Counted from the first letter of the stretch, positions 49,821 through 59,876 are shown. The stretch is 64,000 bases of DNA from Candidatus Spongiisociaceae bacterium (GCA_965202665.1 OZ241841.1:1312001-1376000), one strand, 5' to 3'. Program-made: numbers and translations. Notes: generated from the sequence alone by a model not told the origin.

Positions 49821-51223
49821 CCCCGGCGGGGCGCGCCCTGTCCGCGCTGTCGGCCCTGGTTTTGGCCGGGGCGGCCTGCGCCGTTTCCCCCCCGGAGCGG
49901 CAACCGTTGCCCGTACCCACCGGGGTGGCCCCCGACTATATCAACCCCACCGACCCGGAGGCCCTGTTCGCCGGACGCGGGGAATGCCTGTTGGCGGTGG
50001 GGACGGGGGTGAAAGTCCTGCAAGTGTTGCCCGACACGGACGCCGCGCGGTCGTTGCGGGCGGGGGATGTGCTGACCAGCGTAAACGGAGTTCCGGTGGG
50101 ATCGCTGGAAAGCCTGCTGGCGGTCACCGCCGAACTGCGGGTGGGGGATGCGGCGGAAGTGGAGGGAACGCGGAGCGGGGAGCGGTTCGATGCGGACATC
50201 ACCCTCGGTCCCGCTCCCGAAAACCCGGCCCGTCCCATCCTCGGGTTCATCCCGGAGACGAAAATCACGGCCCTTTCCCCCTCCGGCGTAAGGCCGATGG
50301 AGCAGTCCGGCGGCGGGGGGGCCGGGGAGCTTTACAGCCGCCCGGTCAACCTGGGCGGACGGCTTCTCCGTTTCAACCCTTTGGATTCGTCTTGGAGGCA
50401 GTACGCCGGCATCCCCACTTCCCGGATGGCGGGGCTGGGGGCGGATCTGTACACGTTGGCCGCCTCCGATCACCCGCGGGCGCTGTTGCGGATGGGCGAA
50501 CGGGAAGTGATCGCCTTTGAGCAACCCACGGACTTGCCCGGGCTGGCCCCGGACTGGGGGGAGATCGTTTTTGAGGCGGTCCTCGGCTCGGTGGGGGAAC
50601 TGTTGCTGGTTTCCGCTTGGACGGAACGTTCCCCGGCCGACGACTCCCCGCCCGCCGACGAGCCGCCGGGGGAGGCGGGGCGGACCTACTTGGTCGCCGG
50701 GGCGGACCCGGCGGAGGCGAAGATTGTTTGGATCTGGCCGTTGCCCCTTTCCCCCCAAGGCTATCCGTGGGCGGCGGCGGCCGGTTTCCGCAGCCCCTCC
50801 GGGGGGATGGTCTTAGTGGGGATGGCGGAGGAGGATCCGGTTCTCGCCGCCCGCACCGCGGTGCTCACCTACGCGGTGTTGGACGAAACGGGAAGTGTCA
50901 TCCCCCGTCCCGGATTGGAAAATTTGGCTTCGGCGGGGGTGGTTACCGGCTGGTACGACGATAATTCCCTGTTGTACATCGAACCGGCTACGGCGCCGCG
51001 CGTGGCCTCTTGGACCTTTGATTCCGGAGAACACCAGTTGTTGCTTACGGTGGGGGAGGAGGAGGCCCGCGATCTGCGCCTGGTTACCCCGGTGGGCGAC
51101 GGCCGCCATCTGTTGCAAATTAATGAAAGCGGGGTGACGTTGCTGGACGGGGAGGGCCGGACGGCGGTGCGGCCGGTCGCCCGCGGTTGCTCATATGCGC
51201 CGATCGGCGGTTTAGCCGGGTAA
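49817..51223 (+). CDS. PDZ-domain lipoprotein
   Basis: Lipobox GAAC; GVKVLQV...[15 protein letters not shown] motif; ATGA-coupled. Confidence 0.72.
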   Translation: MTPAGRALSALSALVLAGAACAVSPPERQPLPVPTGVAPDYINPTDPEALFAGRGECLLAVGTGVKVLQVLPDTDAARSLRAGDVLTSVNGVPVGSLESLLAVTAELRVGDAAEVEGTRSGERFDADITLGPAPENPARPILGFIPETKITALSPSGVRPMEQSGGGGAGELYSRPVNLGGRLLRFNPLDSSWRQYAGIPTSRMAGLGADLYTLAASDHPRALLRMGEREVIAFEQPTDLPGLAPDWGEIVFEAVLGSVGELLLVSAWTERSPADDSPPADEPPGEAGRTYLVAGADPAEAKIVWIWPLPLSPQGYPWAAAAGFRSPSGGMVLVGMAEEDPVLAARTAVLTYAVLDETGSVIPRPGLENLASAGVVTGWYDDNSLLYIEPATAPRVASWTFDSGEHQLLLTVGEEEARDLRLVTPVGDGRHLLQINESGVTLLDGEGRTAVRPVARGCSYAPIGGLAG

Positions 51224-51273
51224 TCTGCGACGGGCGTGTATGATACCGGCACGACTAACAAGGAGGTAGAGGC

Positions 51274-51858
51274 ATGACCTCTGATATGAACCCCTATCCG
51301 GTTCGGTACGATGTGGAGTATCCGGAGGGCAAGCGCAACCGGTTGACCACCCTTTTCCGGATTATTCTGGTCATTCCGGCGTTGGTGATTGCGGCGTTGG
51401 TGACAGCGGCGGCGGGCGCCCTGACTTTAGCCACTGCCCTGATGATACTGTTCCGCCGCAAGTATCCGCGCGCCTGGTTCGACTGGCAGGTGGAGATGAC
51501 CCGGCTGAGCGCCCGGGTGGCGGCCTACGCCGGTTATCTGCGGGATGAGTATCCGGCCACCGACGACCAGCAAGCGGTTACGCTGGACTTTGACTACCCG
51601 GACGCCGGCGTCGACTTGATGCGGGGAATGCCGCTGATCAAATGGTTGCTGGCCATCCCCCACTATGTGGTTTTGGCAGTTTTGGTGGTTGCGCAGTTCG
51701 TGGTCAGCGTCATCGCCTGGCTGGTCATCATCTTTGCCGGGTTTTACCCGCGGGGAATGTTCAATTTCGCGGTGGGAGTCAATCGGTGGTCGGAGCGGGT
51801 CAACGCCTATGCGGCATTGCTGACCACTGACCGCTATCCGCCGTTCAGCCTCAAATAA
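51274..51858 (+). CDS. DUF4389 membrane protein
   Basis: Duplicated unit NRLTTLFR..L.IP...YPR...RV.AY...DEYP / KWLLAIPHY...TDRYPPF. Confidence 0.85.
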   Translation: MTSDMNPYPVRYDVEYPEGKRNRLTTLFRIILVIPALVIAALVTAAAGALTLATALMILFRRKYPRAWFDWQVEMTRLSARVAAYAGYLRDEYPATDDQQAVTLDFDYPDAGVDLMRGMPLIKWLLAIPHYVVLAVLVVAQFVVSVIAWLVIIFAGFYPRGMFNFAVGVNRWSERVNAYAALLTTDRYPPFSLK

Positions 51859-51893
51859 TCCCCTAACCCCCCGCTGGGCGGCCGGGCCCGCGC

Positions 51894-54242
51894 CTAGTCG
51901 TCGGCAGGGTTGGCCGACTGGTTGCGGGCCGACGCAGCCGCTTCGGGAGCGTCCTCCGGCAGGTCGGCGGTTTCCGGTTGCCCGTTCGGTTCCGGGACGG
52001 TCAGTCCGAATGTCCGCCGGTGATCCTCCACGCCTATGGCCCCGAACCCGACCGGGTTGCGGGCGGTGACCGAACCTGCTTCCAACCCGACGATGTCAGC
52101 CACTTCCCGCCCGGAAATGGTTTTGCGTTCCTGCAGGCGCAGGGCCACTTGGAACACGGCCAGCTGGTGCTCCTCCAGCACTTGGCGGATCTCCTCATGC
52201 AGTTTTTGGATGCGGTTCTCCACTTGGGCGCGCATGTTCTGGGAAATCTTGTCGGTGGGGTCGGGCGGCACGTCCAGAATGTGGCGGGGCAGGCCCGCCA
52301 TGGACACGATGGTGTCGCCCATCCCCCACATTCCGATCATGCGGGAGGTGATGGTGGTGGCGTTCATCAGGTCGCCTCCCACTCCCATGGAGTTGTCCCC
52401 GTCGAAGAACATCCGCTCCCCGGCCAGGCTGGCCAGCGACACTTTGATGTCCACTTCCAACTCCGACTTCCACTGCACGAAGCGGTCCTCCAAGGCGATG
52501 TAGGAGACGAACCCGCCCGTTTCCCCCCTCCGTTCGATGGTGGCCACGTCGATGTCGGCGTGGGATTTCAGGAGGTGGGCGGCCACCGCGTGGCTGGCCT
52601 CGTGGATGGCCACCGCGAACTCTTCCCGCTCCACGTATTCGAAGCCTTCCGCCGGGCCCATTTCTTTGAGGGTTTTAGCCCGCCAGATGTCGTCCCATTC
52701 CACGGACAGGCGGTCGTCCCGCAGGGCCAAGATCAGGGCCTCGTTGACCACGTCCTTGATTTTCGCCCCTGAATAGTAGGGGGTTTTGGTGGCCAAATCC
52801 TCAATCTGCTCCTCGGTGAGATTGTGTTTGACCTTGTCCAGATAGCCTTGGAAGGTGCGTATCCGTCCTTCTTTAGCCGGGTAGCCCACCTTGTAGATGC
52901 GGTCGATGCGGCCGGGGCGCAACAGGGCCGGGTCCAGCACCGACGGCAGGTTGGTGGCCATCATTATGAAGATGCGGTATTTGGGCGGGGGCTTCGGTTT
53001 CATTCCCAAGGCCTTGCGTATCCGGTTGGACAGCCCGCGCGGTTTTTTCAGGCCGGAGATTTCGGTGAGCAGGGCCTGCAGGGTGCCCATGCCCCCGCCG
53101 CCCCCCATCCCGCCCATAATGATCCGGTTTATCCAACGCCGGGGGGCTTCCTCCCCGGCGCCGGGGCCGGGTCCGGCGGCCGCGTTGACTTCGGCGACGT
53201 CCCGGTCGATGATGCGCAGGGCCTGGTCGCTCAGATAGTGGGCCCCGTTGCAGTCGGCGGCGTGGGTGCGGGGAGCGGCGGGCTGGGGCGGGCCGCCCCC
53301 TTGGGCCAGGGCCCCCCGGCTGCCCAAGGCGTCGGCTTCGTCGAAGAACACCACCACCCCGCCGTGGCGCAAAGACAGTTTGCGGAGTTTGCGGAACAGG
53401 CCTTTTACTTTGAGGATTCCCACCCCGAAAAACATGTTCATGAACGCCCCCGGTTCCACGAACACGAACGGCGACCCCACTTCCCCGGCGGTGGCTTCGG
53501 CGATTAGGGTTTTGCCGGTGCCGGGCGGGCCCCACAGCAGAATCCCGCCGGGTATGTATCCGCCTTTGGCCTCGATCTCGTCCGGTTTTTCCAAAAACCC
53601 CACGTTTTCTTTGACCAAGTCCAACACGTGATCCTGGCCCCACACGTCCGAATAGCGGGTTTCGATCTCTTCGGGCATCACCACGTCCACGCCCCCCCGG
53701 GATAGGAACCAGAACAGGGCCCCGAACTGGATGATGAGAAACAGGGGGGCGAACAGGAACCAGAGGAACTCCTGCAGGTTGCGGGCCAGAATGCGGGGGG
53801 TTTGGATGAGGGCTTCGATGGGCCCGTTCACATCCGCCACGAAATAGTCCACCACCGCCCCCAGCACCAGCAGGAAAATCAGGATGCGGACGTAACGGCC
53901 CAGCCGGAAGCGGGTCCACGGTTTGAAACGGCGCTGGGCGGTGCGTTCCATCCCCCCGAACACGCCGTGGGCCCAGAACCGGTTGTAACGGGCCCATTTT
54001 TCGGACACCAGGTAGTGCGCCTGGCGCAGAACCTCCACCGGGAGCAGGATGAGCAACACCCGCCCGAAGGTTTCGTTCCAGGTGTCGGACAGGGCGTGCC
54101 AGAAGGTGGTGAAAGGGGCGGTGACTTTGGCCCCGACCAGGATTCCCAACAGGAGCAGGATCAACACCGAGAACTTCAGCCGGTCCCAGGTTTGGGACGG
54201 GCGCCGCACGTCCGCTTTTATTGCCTTGTGTTTACTATCCAT
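51894..54242 (-). CDS. FtsH-like membrane AAA+ metalloprotease
   Basis: Multi-TM N-terminus, GPPGTGKT, FFDEAD, LDPALLRPGRID, HEASH. Confidence 0.88.
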   Translation of the reverse strand: MDSKHKAIKADVRRPSQTWDRLKFSVLILLLLGILVGAKVTAPFTTFWHALSDTWNETFGRVLLILLPVEVLRQAHYLVSEKWARYNRFWAHGVFGGMERTAQRRFKPWTRFRLGRYVRILIFLLVLGAVVDYFVADVNGPIEALIQTPRILARNLQEFLWFLFAPLFLIIQFGALFWFLSRGGVDVVMPEEIETRYSDVWGQDHVLDLVKENVGFLEKPDEIEAKGGYIPGGILLWGPPGTGKTLIAEATAGEVGSPFVFVEPGAFMNMFFGVGILKVKGLFRKLRKLSLRHGGVVVFFDEADALGSRGALAQGGGPPQPAAPRTHAADCNGAHYLSDQALRIIDRDVAEVNAAAGPGPGAGEEAPRRWINRIIMGGMGGGGGMGTLQALLTEISGLKKPRGLSNRIRKALGMKPKPPPKYRIFIMMATNLPSVLDPALLRPGRIDRIYKVGYPAKEGRIRTFQGYLDKVKHNLTEEQIEDLATKTPYYSGAKIKDVVNEALILALRDDRLSVEWDDIWRAKTLKEMGPAEGFEYVEREEFAVAIHEASHAVAAHLLKSHADIDVATIERRGETGGFVSYIALEDRFVQWKSELEVDIKVSLASLAGERMFFDGDNSMGVGGDLMNATTITSRMIGMWGMGDTIVSMAGLPRHILDVPPDPTDKISQNMRAQVENRIQKLHEEIRQVLEEHQLAVFQVALRLQERKTISGREVADIVGLEAGSVTARNPVGFGAIGVEDHRRTFGLTVPEPNGQPETADLPEDAPEAAASARNQSANPADD

Positions 54243-54907
54243 GAGTCCACCGCCCGGGATATTTCGGTCTGTCGTTCTTGAAAGCAGGTCAGCGAGCAAC
54301 CGGCCGACATGGAGTAGAGATGGGTGGCGTCGGCGTTGGTCACCGCCAGAATGTAGATGGCGCCCTGCAGTTGCCCTTCCCCGTCGGTGATGCCCAGCAG
54401 GCGCCGCACCCCGTCGAAGTCGCGCCCGAAGGAGAAATCCTCGCTTTGGATGGCTTGCACGCCCAAGCCGGGCTTGCTCAAGTCGAAGGCGGACAGGGTG
54501 AGCAACTGCCGGGACAGCAGATCTTTGTCTGCCGGGCTGATCTGGCGGATGATCTGGGCTCCGACCGGGAAAGGCGATTCGTTTATTTCCAGGGTCAGGT
54601 TGTCTAAGTTGCGTCCGGCGGCCCCGTCGAAAGCCACGTAGGAGATGGGCTGGTAGCCACCCATGTCGGGGATTAGGGGGACCTCCTCCAGCCGGCTCAC
54701 TTCTTCGGCCCCGTACAGATTCCAGTCGTCGGGCAACTCAAACAGGGAACGTTGCTGGCCGTCCCGGTAGGTGGTGGTGTCGGCGCCGTCTAGCCCGCAG
54801 GCCCCCAAGAGCAACGCCAAGCCGGCCAGCGCCGCCGCCCGCCGGGCGCGCCCGGCCGAGAGGCGGGAGGATCTTGGCTTTTTCGGGTGCCGGAACATTT
54901 TCGTCAT
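54218..54907 (-). CDS. Putative lipoprotein
   Basis: Lipobox LGAC; overlaps the start of the FtsH-like gene. Confidence 0.72.
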   Translation of the reverse strand: MTKMFRHPKKPRSSRLSAGRARRAAALAGLALLLGACGLDGADTTTYRDGQQRSLFELPDDWNLYGAEEVSRLEEVPLIPDMGGYQPISYVAFDGAAGRNLDNLTLEINESPFPVGAQIIRQISPADKDLLSRQLLTLSAFDLSKPGLGVQAIQSEDFSFGRDFDGVRRLLGITDGEGQLQGAIYILAVTNADATHLYSMSAGCSLTCFQERQTEISRAVDSWIVNTRQ

Positions 54908-54984
54908 CCGCCTGCGGTAGGGTTTGGTATGCTCTATGCTAGACCGCGCCGCAACTTACAGGCTAACGGAGTTGGGAGCACCGA

Positions 54985-55119
54985 ATGGACGCAATGATTG
55001 CGCATCACGCCTATGACCACATAACCGGTTTCGGCATCGCCTTGGCCGGCATCCTGTTGATCTTCTGGGCGGAACGGCGGGCGCGTTCCCGTCGCCGCTC
55101 TGACAAGACCGACGGCTGA
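54985..55119 (+). CDS. 44-aa single-TM microprotein
   Basis: GGGAG RBS; MDAMIAHHAYDHITGFGIALAGILLIFWAERRARSRRRSDKTDG. Confidence 0.6.
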   Translation: MDAMIAHHAYDHITGFGIALAGILLIFWAERRARSRRRSDKTDG

Positions 55120-55149
55120 TCCCGCCCGGGTCCGACTAACCTTGGACTG

Positions 55150-56313
55150 ATGTCCGACCCGCGTCTGTCCGCCATAGGCCAACAACTGGGGGGAGCGCCG
55201 GATCATTTGGTGGAACGGTCCGCCGCCGCCCGCGCCGGCGCCTCCGGCCTGGAGGTGGAGGACGTTTTGGCCGCCTGGTCGGGAGGGGAGGCTTTGGCGG
55301 CCGCTCCCGCCCCTCCTCCGGCGGACGATGTTGCGCCCGTTTCCCCGGCGGAGCCCGTAGCGGAGCCCCCGGAAGCCCCCGCCCTCCCCGCTGCTCCAGC
55401 AGCAGAGGTTCCCGTTGCGGCGACGGCGGTGTTGGAGGCGGAGGAAGAAGAGGAGGAGCCAGCGGAGCCCGTTCCTTGGCGAAGGCGGGTTCGCTTGGGG
55501 GCGCGGGCGGGGGCGGCGTTGGGGGTTTTCATGGGCCTGGCTTCGCTGGCCGCCGCCTCCCCGCTCGTTTTGGGACGGCTCACCGAGGTCACCGAAGCGG
55601 GCGCGGCGGCGGTGGAGGTGACTTGGACTTTCACCGCGGCCATCGCGGCCCTGTGGGCGGTGATCGGGTCGGCGGCCGCTTTGGCGGCCCGGGGGGCGGG
55701 GCGGTTCCTTTCCCCCGCCTACGACACGGACGGCTCCCCGTTGGGGTCGGTGGTCATCGGAGGCCTGACCGGCCTGGTTCTCGGCTTCGCCCGGGGCGGG
55801 GCGTGGTACGCCTTGGCGGAGACTTCCCTGTCGGGAACGAAACTTTTGTCCATCAGCCCCTGGTCGGTGTTGGTGATTTTGGCGGCGGACGCGGCCTGCG
55901 GGGCGACGGCGGGGGCGGTCACCCAGTTCTTCTCCCAGCCCCGGGGGTTGCGGGGGGAGCAGGCGGAAGACGCGCAGGCGATCCGGCGCCGGTTGTCCGA
56001 TTCGCTGTCCATTCCGCTGACGGCCGGAGCGGTAATCCTGATTTTCGTGGTGGCTTTGGGGATTTTGCTGGTCCGTTTCCCCAGCTTCGCCCCCTGGGTG
56101 GCGATCCTGGTTTCGCTGGGCATTCTGATGTTCGCGGGAATGATGGCGTCCCGCCCCAACCTGCGGGTAACCCGCAACGAGGTGCTGGCCGCCGCCGCCG
56201 GAGTGGGGGTGGTGTTGCTGATGATCACCCTCATCGCAGCCGCCATAACCGGCGACGACCCCGCCGACCACGGCCACGCCGAAGAAACCCACGCCATAGA
56301 ACAAATCCAATAA
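55150..56313 (+). CDS. Hypothetical multi-TM membrane protein with Pro/Ala/Glu-rich linker
   Basis: About 7 hydrophobic segments and a His-rich C-terminal tail. Confidence 0.75.
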   Translation: MSDPRLSAIGQQLGGAPDHLVERSAAARAGASGLEVEDVLAAWSGGEALAAAPAPPPADDVAPVSPAEPVAEPPEAPALPAAPAAEVPVAATAVLEAEEEEEEPAEPVPWRRRVRLGARAGAALGVFMGLASLAAASPLVLGRLTEVTEAGAAAVEVTWTFTAAIAALWAVIGSAAALAARGAGRFLSPAYDTDGSPLGSVVIGGLTGLVLGFARGGAWYALAETSLSGTKLLSISPWSVLVILAADAACGATAGAVTQFFSQPRGLRGEQAEDAQAIRRRLSDSLSIPLTAGAVILIFVVALGILLVRFPSFAPWVAILVSLGILMFAGMMASRPNLRVTRNEVLAAAAGVGVVLLMITLIAAAITGDDPADHGHAEETHAIEQIQ

Positions 56314-56368
56314 TGGCCAACACTTCGGATACCTAGAGCCGACCTGGCTTAGGAATATTTCTCCGGAA

Positions 56369-57451
56369 TCAAGGCTTGTGAGTTGCCCATGCAAGGCGTT
56401 GCCGGAGGCCGTTGCCCCAGTGGTGCGGCCAAACCTTGTCGTTTTGCAGTCGGCCCACCACGATGCCGGGGTGAACCCCGATTTCCTCGGCGAATTTTTT
56501 AATTTCATCCAGGGTTTGCAGATTTTTTAGCACAGGTGTGTATTGCGGTGGGATCAGAAAGTCCCGCGCGAATGCGTCGGCTCGCCGCTCTTGTTCATTG
56601 TCGTTGTCCGGAGAGTTGATATAAATAGGGCGTTTATGCATATCCAGGATATGACGCGCCTCGTGAAAGAAAGAAAACCAGAAGATATCATTCCATTTGT
56701 AACGTAAGCTCAGTTGAATCAGACCGCGGTCAGAGGTCAACCATCTTGAGGCTCCGTTCGCCCTGGCCCCTTTTACTTCTGGTACGGTTACTACGGCGAC
56801 TCCCGTATTTGCGCACTCTTGAACCAGTTTCGGATACCAGATATCAGGGCGTTGCTCCTCGGTCAAATCTCGTATGCGGTACAGCGATTCTGCGAAAGCT
56901 TTGGCGTCCCATGGCAGGCAGGGCACTTCTGTCGCCTTCTTTTCGCCGAGCCGTAGCCACACCGCAAGCGCCCCCCGGTCCGATGCCGGGTTCTTGCGAA
57001 AGGCAACCGAGTCCAGCGTGGGTTCCCATACGCTCTCCCATGTGTTGCGGTTGACCACCCCAAAAAACTCGAAAACCTCACGCAATCGTTCAATTGGCTT
57101 GACCCGTTTGGTTAAGATACCCATGGACACCATGGCCGCGGTTGGCAGTTCGTCTAGGAAATCGATCTGCTCGGACAGTTCCGCTTCTTCCGCAAGTCGC
57201 GCCAGGGTAGCCCGGTAGGTATGCTCCAGGTTATTCCAAAGCCTGGCTGGAATGTCCGTAGCCCGCTCTAATCTGATGGCTGTATCAACGGTGACGGGTG
57301 TCTCACCTTTGATAAGTTGGCTAATATGCTTTTCTGACAGCCCAGTATGCCGTGCCAGGTCCGCTTGACTCATAGAAAGATCATCAAGAGCCTCCTCCAA
57401 AGTCCAACCGGGCGGCACAGCATAGTCTGGATTGAATCCTGTGACGACCAT
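56369..57451 (-). CDS. higA: HigA-family antitoxin (Xre HTH) fused to an ImmA/IrrE metallopeptidase domain
   Basis: PPGWTLEE..MSQADLA...WNNLE; FWFSFFHEARH, ERRADAFA. Confidence 0.88.
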   Translation of the reverse strand: MVVTGFNPDYAVPPGWTLEEALDDLSMSQADLARHTGLSEKHISQLIKGETPVTVDTAIRLERATDIPARLWNNLEHTYRATLARLAEEAELSEQIDFLDELPTAAMVSMGILTKRVKPIERLREVFEFFGVVNRNTWESVWEPTLDSVAFRKNPASDRGALAVWLRLGEKKATEVPCLPWDAKAFAESLYRIRDLTEEQRPDIWYPKLVQECANTGVAVVTVPEVKGARANGASRWLTSDRGLIQLSLRYKWNDIFWFSFFHEARHILDMHKRPIYINSPDNDNEQERRADAFARDFLIPPQYTPVLKNLQTLDEIKKFAEEIGVHPGIVVGRLQNDKVWPHHWGNGLRQRLAWATHKP

Positions 57452-57469
57452 TTTGCCTCCTTTAGTCAG

Positions 57470-57799
57470 TTAGTGGTAATTTTCTATTGCGATTACTATT
57501 GTGCTATCCACCTTACTTGTATCTATACCGCCATCTTCTTTGTATGGCACAGGTTCGCTAGGTTTTATGACCAAACGTTCCCCCTCGGGAAGGCTTGCCG
57601 CATATTGGCCTTTACGATTACCTTTCAGTGGATGCCATTTTCCTTTCACGCTAAATAGTTCTTCCAGATTGCTGGATGATTTTAGTTGATACATGCGTAT
57701 CTGTACTTGTTTTGCCAGGTTCGTACTATAGCGTCTCTTGAGCTCCTTTTCGCTCTCGATCAGATTTTGCAACCTGCCGTTTTTGAATTGGATTTCCAT
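57470..57799 (-). CDS. higB: HigB/RelE-like toxin
   Basis: MEIQFKN...WHPLKGNRKGQYA.SL...RLV...IENYH; GGAGG RBS; toxin-first gene order. Confidence 0.85.
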   Translation of the reverse strand: MEIQFKNGRLQNLIESEKELKRRYSTNLAKQVQIRMYQLKSSSNLEELFSVKGKWHPLKGNRKGQYAASLPEGERLVIKPSEPVPYKEDGGIDTSKVDSTIVIAIENYH

Positions 57800-57821
57800 C
57801 GTGCCTCCTTCCTGAAGCGGA

Positions 57822-57870
57822 AATCTTACTTGTAAGGTAAGATTATAGGCCCTGGGGAAAAGGTTGTCAA
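57822..57870 (-). promoter_or_regulatory. Consensus promoter TTGACA-17-TATAAT with overlapping operator AATCTTAC-N7-GTAAGATT
   Basis: -35 at 57865-57870, -10 at 57842-57847, inverted repeat at 57822-57844. Confidence 0.85.
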
Positions 57871-57882
57871 GCGCAGGCGGGG

Positions 57883-59256
57883 TCAGGCGCCGAGGAGTAG
57901 CAGCAGGCCTCCTATGGTGTAGGCGATCATTACCGCCAGCATCGGGTACTGGGAGCGGACCGCTAGGGGGGAGGGGTAGCGTTCCAAGGCCCGGTCGTGG
58001 GCGGCGGCCACTCCGGCTATGTGGCCGAGGGCTATGGCGGCGGTTTGAATCCAGGCGATGGCGTCCGGGGACAGAACCGTGTAGTCGATGGGGCGGGAGG
58101 CGGTTCCGAACAGGTCCCAGCCCAAGGCCAGCGGGTCGGACAGCAACGAAAAGAACATCTGCCCTTCGAACACCAGAAAGCTGAAATAGTGGGCCGTCGT
58201 ATAGGCCAAGGCGATGGGGATCAGGGACGGCCCGAAGGCATCCCCCAGGTCGGCCTCCGAGTCGCCGGTGATGCGGGATGCGGCCATGATCGCCAGCCGG
58301 TAGAGGAACATCACCATCCCGATGATGAACACCAGCCCGCCGGTGTTGAAGGCGGTCAGGGTCCACCCTCCCCGGTTGGAGGTGATGTCCAGCCAGAAAG
58401 AGCTGCGGGTGAAGCCGTCGAAAGCGGTGGAGCCGAGCACCGTCAAAATGAAAGTCACCGTGCCCGGCTTGACCGGCATCCGGGACAGGCCGGCCAGCGG
58501 AAAGCGCACCCGCCGCACCCCCGACTCGTCCCGCCACAGGGGGGCGAGGGCGGAGATTTTGGTGAACAGAACCCCGAACCCGTCCGCCCCGCGAACCCAT
58601 CCCCGCCCGCCCAGGCAGGCCCCGGCCAGCATCGCCGCCGCGTAGGCGGCCATGAAAACGCCGATGGCCCGAGGGGAGCCGGAGTCGTGGTAGGCCAGTT
58701 CCAGCCAGGCGAAGCAGAAAATGGAGGCGACCGCCCACCAGTGATGGCCGTCGGAGGGCTCGGCCGGCGGCATCGGGCGGCCGGTTGCCCGCGCCCGCGC
58801 CCAAGCCCCCAGGTCGGCCAGGGTGTAGAAGGGGTTGAGGACGGCCCACGCATCCCCCAGCAGGGCGGTGACCAGCGGCATCCCCACCCAGAAAATAATG
58901 TAAACCGCAAACGAGGAAATGTTGGCCCCCGGCTCGACGGAGCTCCACAGGGCGGCGTACAAGGTGGCGGCGAAGGCGGCCAGTCCCAGCGCGCGCCCCG
59001 CCGCCGCCAGCCCCCGTCGCAGGGCCCGGGGCGGGGAGGGCAGGGCCTTCCCTATGGCGGCCGTAGCCAGCCGGGGTTTGCTCCAAAAGAACCCGAGAGC
59101 GGCGGCGGAGGCGGCCACCGCGAAAGAAGCCGCCCACGCCAATTGCCAGGCCGGGATGGGCAGGTCCAGCCGGCCGCCCGCGCCGTGCGCCCACGCCGGC
59201 GCCGCGGACAGAAGCAGCGCCGCCGCCAACCCGCAGACGAGCCATCGGGGCCGGAT
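57883..59256 (-). CDS. Conserved multi-TM membrane protein (actinobacterial 'fenitrothion hydrolase'-annotated type)
   Basis: AHG...DLPIP.W, NPF, FAWLEL, STAFDG, SLIPIA.AY..AHYFS, SDP...GWDLFGTA, SQYPM...M..YT; start either ATC 59256 or TTG 59229. Confidence 0.75.
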   Translation of the reverse strand: MRPRWLVCGLAAALLLSAAPAWAHGAGGRLDLPIPAWQLAWAASFAVAASAAALGFFWSKPRLATAAIGKALPSPPRALRRGLAAAGRALGLAAFAATLYAALWSSVEPGANISSFAVYIIFWVGMPLVTALLGDAWAVLNPFYTLADLGAWARARATGRPMPPAEPSDGHHWWAVASIFCFAWLELAYHDSGSPRAIGVFMAAYAAAMLAGACLGGRGWVRGADGFGVLFTKISALAPLWRDESGVRRVRFPLAGLSRMPVKPGTVTFILTVLGSTAFDGFTRSSFWLDITSNRGGWTLTAFNTGGLVFIIGMVMFLYRLAIMAASRITGDSEADLGDAFGPSLIPIALAYTTAHYFSFLVFEGQMFFSLLSDPLALGWDLFGTASRPIDYTVLSPDAIAWIQTAAIALGHIAGVAAAHDRALERYPSPLAVRSQYPMLAVMIAYTIGGLLLLLGA

Positions 59257-59876
59257 TAGGAAACCTCCAGTTGAATCAGCGTTATCCCCGCCTCCTCCAA
59301 CTCAATCTCAAACACCCCCGGAATGTCGGCGGTGAAAACCAGCTCGCCCGCCCCTTCCGTCAGATGCAGGAAAAGGTCGTAGCCGTGAACGTGCACATGG
59401 TCGGCGCTGTTCCCGCTCACCCTTATGGTCACCTCCTCCCCCAAGCGGGCCGCTTCCCGTCGCGCCCCGCCCGTTATTTGCCCGTCCGTCACCTCCAAAT
59501 CAATGATCGTCCCCGCCGGTTGGGGAGCGGCGGTCGGCGCAACAGTGGTCGCAGTGGCGGCGGTTGCTGGGACGGCGGTTGCTGGGACGGCGGTGGTAGT
59601 GGTAACGGCGACGGTGGTGGTAGTTGCGGCAACGGTCGCGGGCGGGGCGGCGGTGGTCGGGGCGGCGGTTGCTGGAGCGGCGGTGGTAGTGACGGCGGTA
59701 ACGGTCGCGGGCGGAACCGCGTTCGTTTCTTCCCCCGGGCCGCCGCACCCGGCCGCCGCCCACGCCAAAGCCGCGACCGCAACCGCTTTCCAAACCCGCG
59801 GCGAAATGCGCTCCGCCCGCCCGCCCGGCGCGGCAACGGTCAGGTTTGGCGCAAGGTTCGTTCCAAGGCGTCCCAT
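59256..59876 (-). CDS. Lipoprotein with Thr/Ala/Pro linker and cupredoxin-like domain
   Basis: Lipobox AAGC; DHVHVHGYD...FTADIPGVFEIE; start uncertain. Confidence 0.7.
   Translation of the reverse strand: MGRLGTNLAPNLTVAAPGGRAERISPRVWKAVAVAALAWAAAGCGGPGEETNAVPPATVTAVTTTAAPATAAPTTAAPPATVAATTTTVAVTTTTAVPATAVPATAATATTVAPTAAPQPAGTIIDLEVTDGQITGGARREAARLGEEVTIRVSGNSADHVHVHGYDLFLHLTEGAGELVFTADIPGVFEIELEEAGITLIQLEVS

Noticed and set aside
51854-51866. AATAATCCCCTAA identical to 1577-1589
   Set aside because: A 13-bp match about 50 kb away with core genes in between; it cannot delimit an element and is probably chance.
57800-59245. 591-aa ORF fused to HigB
   Set aside because: This is a shadow frame of the membrane gene; HigB has its own promoter, RBS and ATG at 57799.
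59500-59720. Short tandem repeats
   Set aside because: Explained by the Thr/Ala/Pro linker of the lipoprotein.
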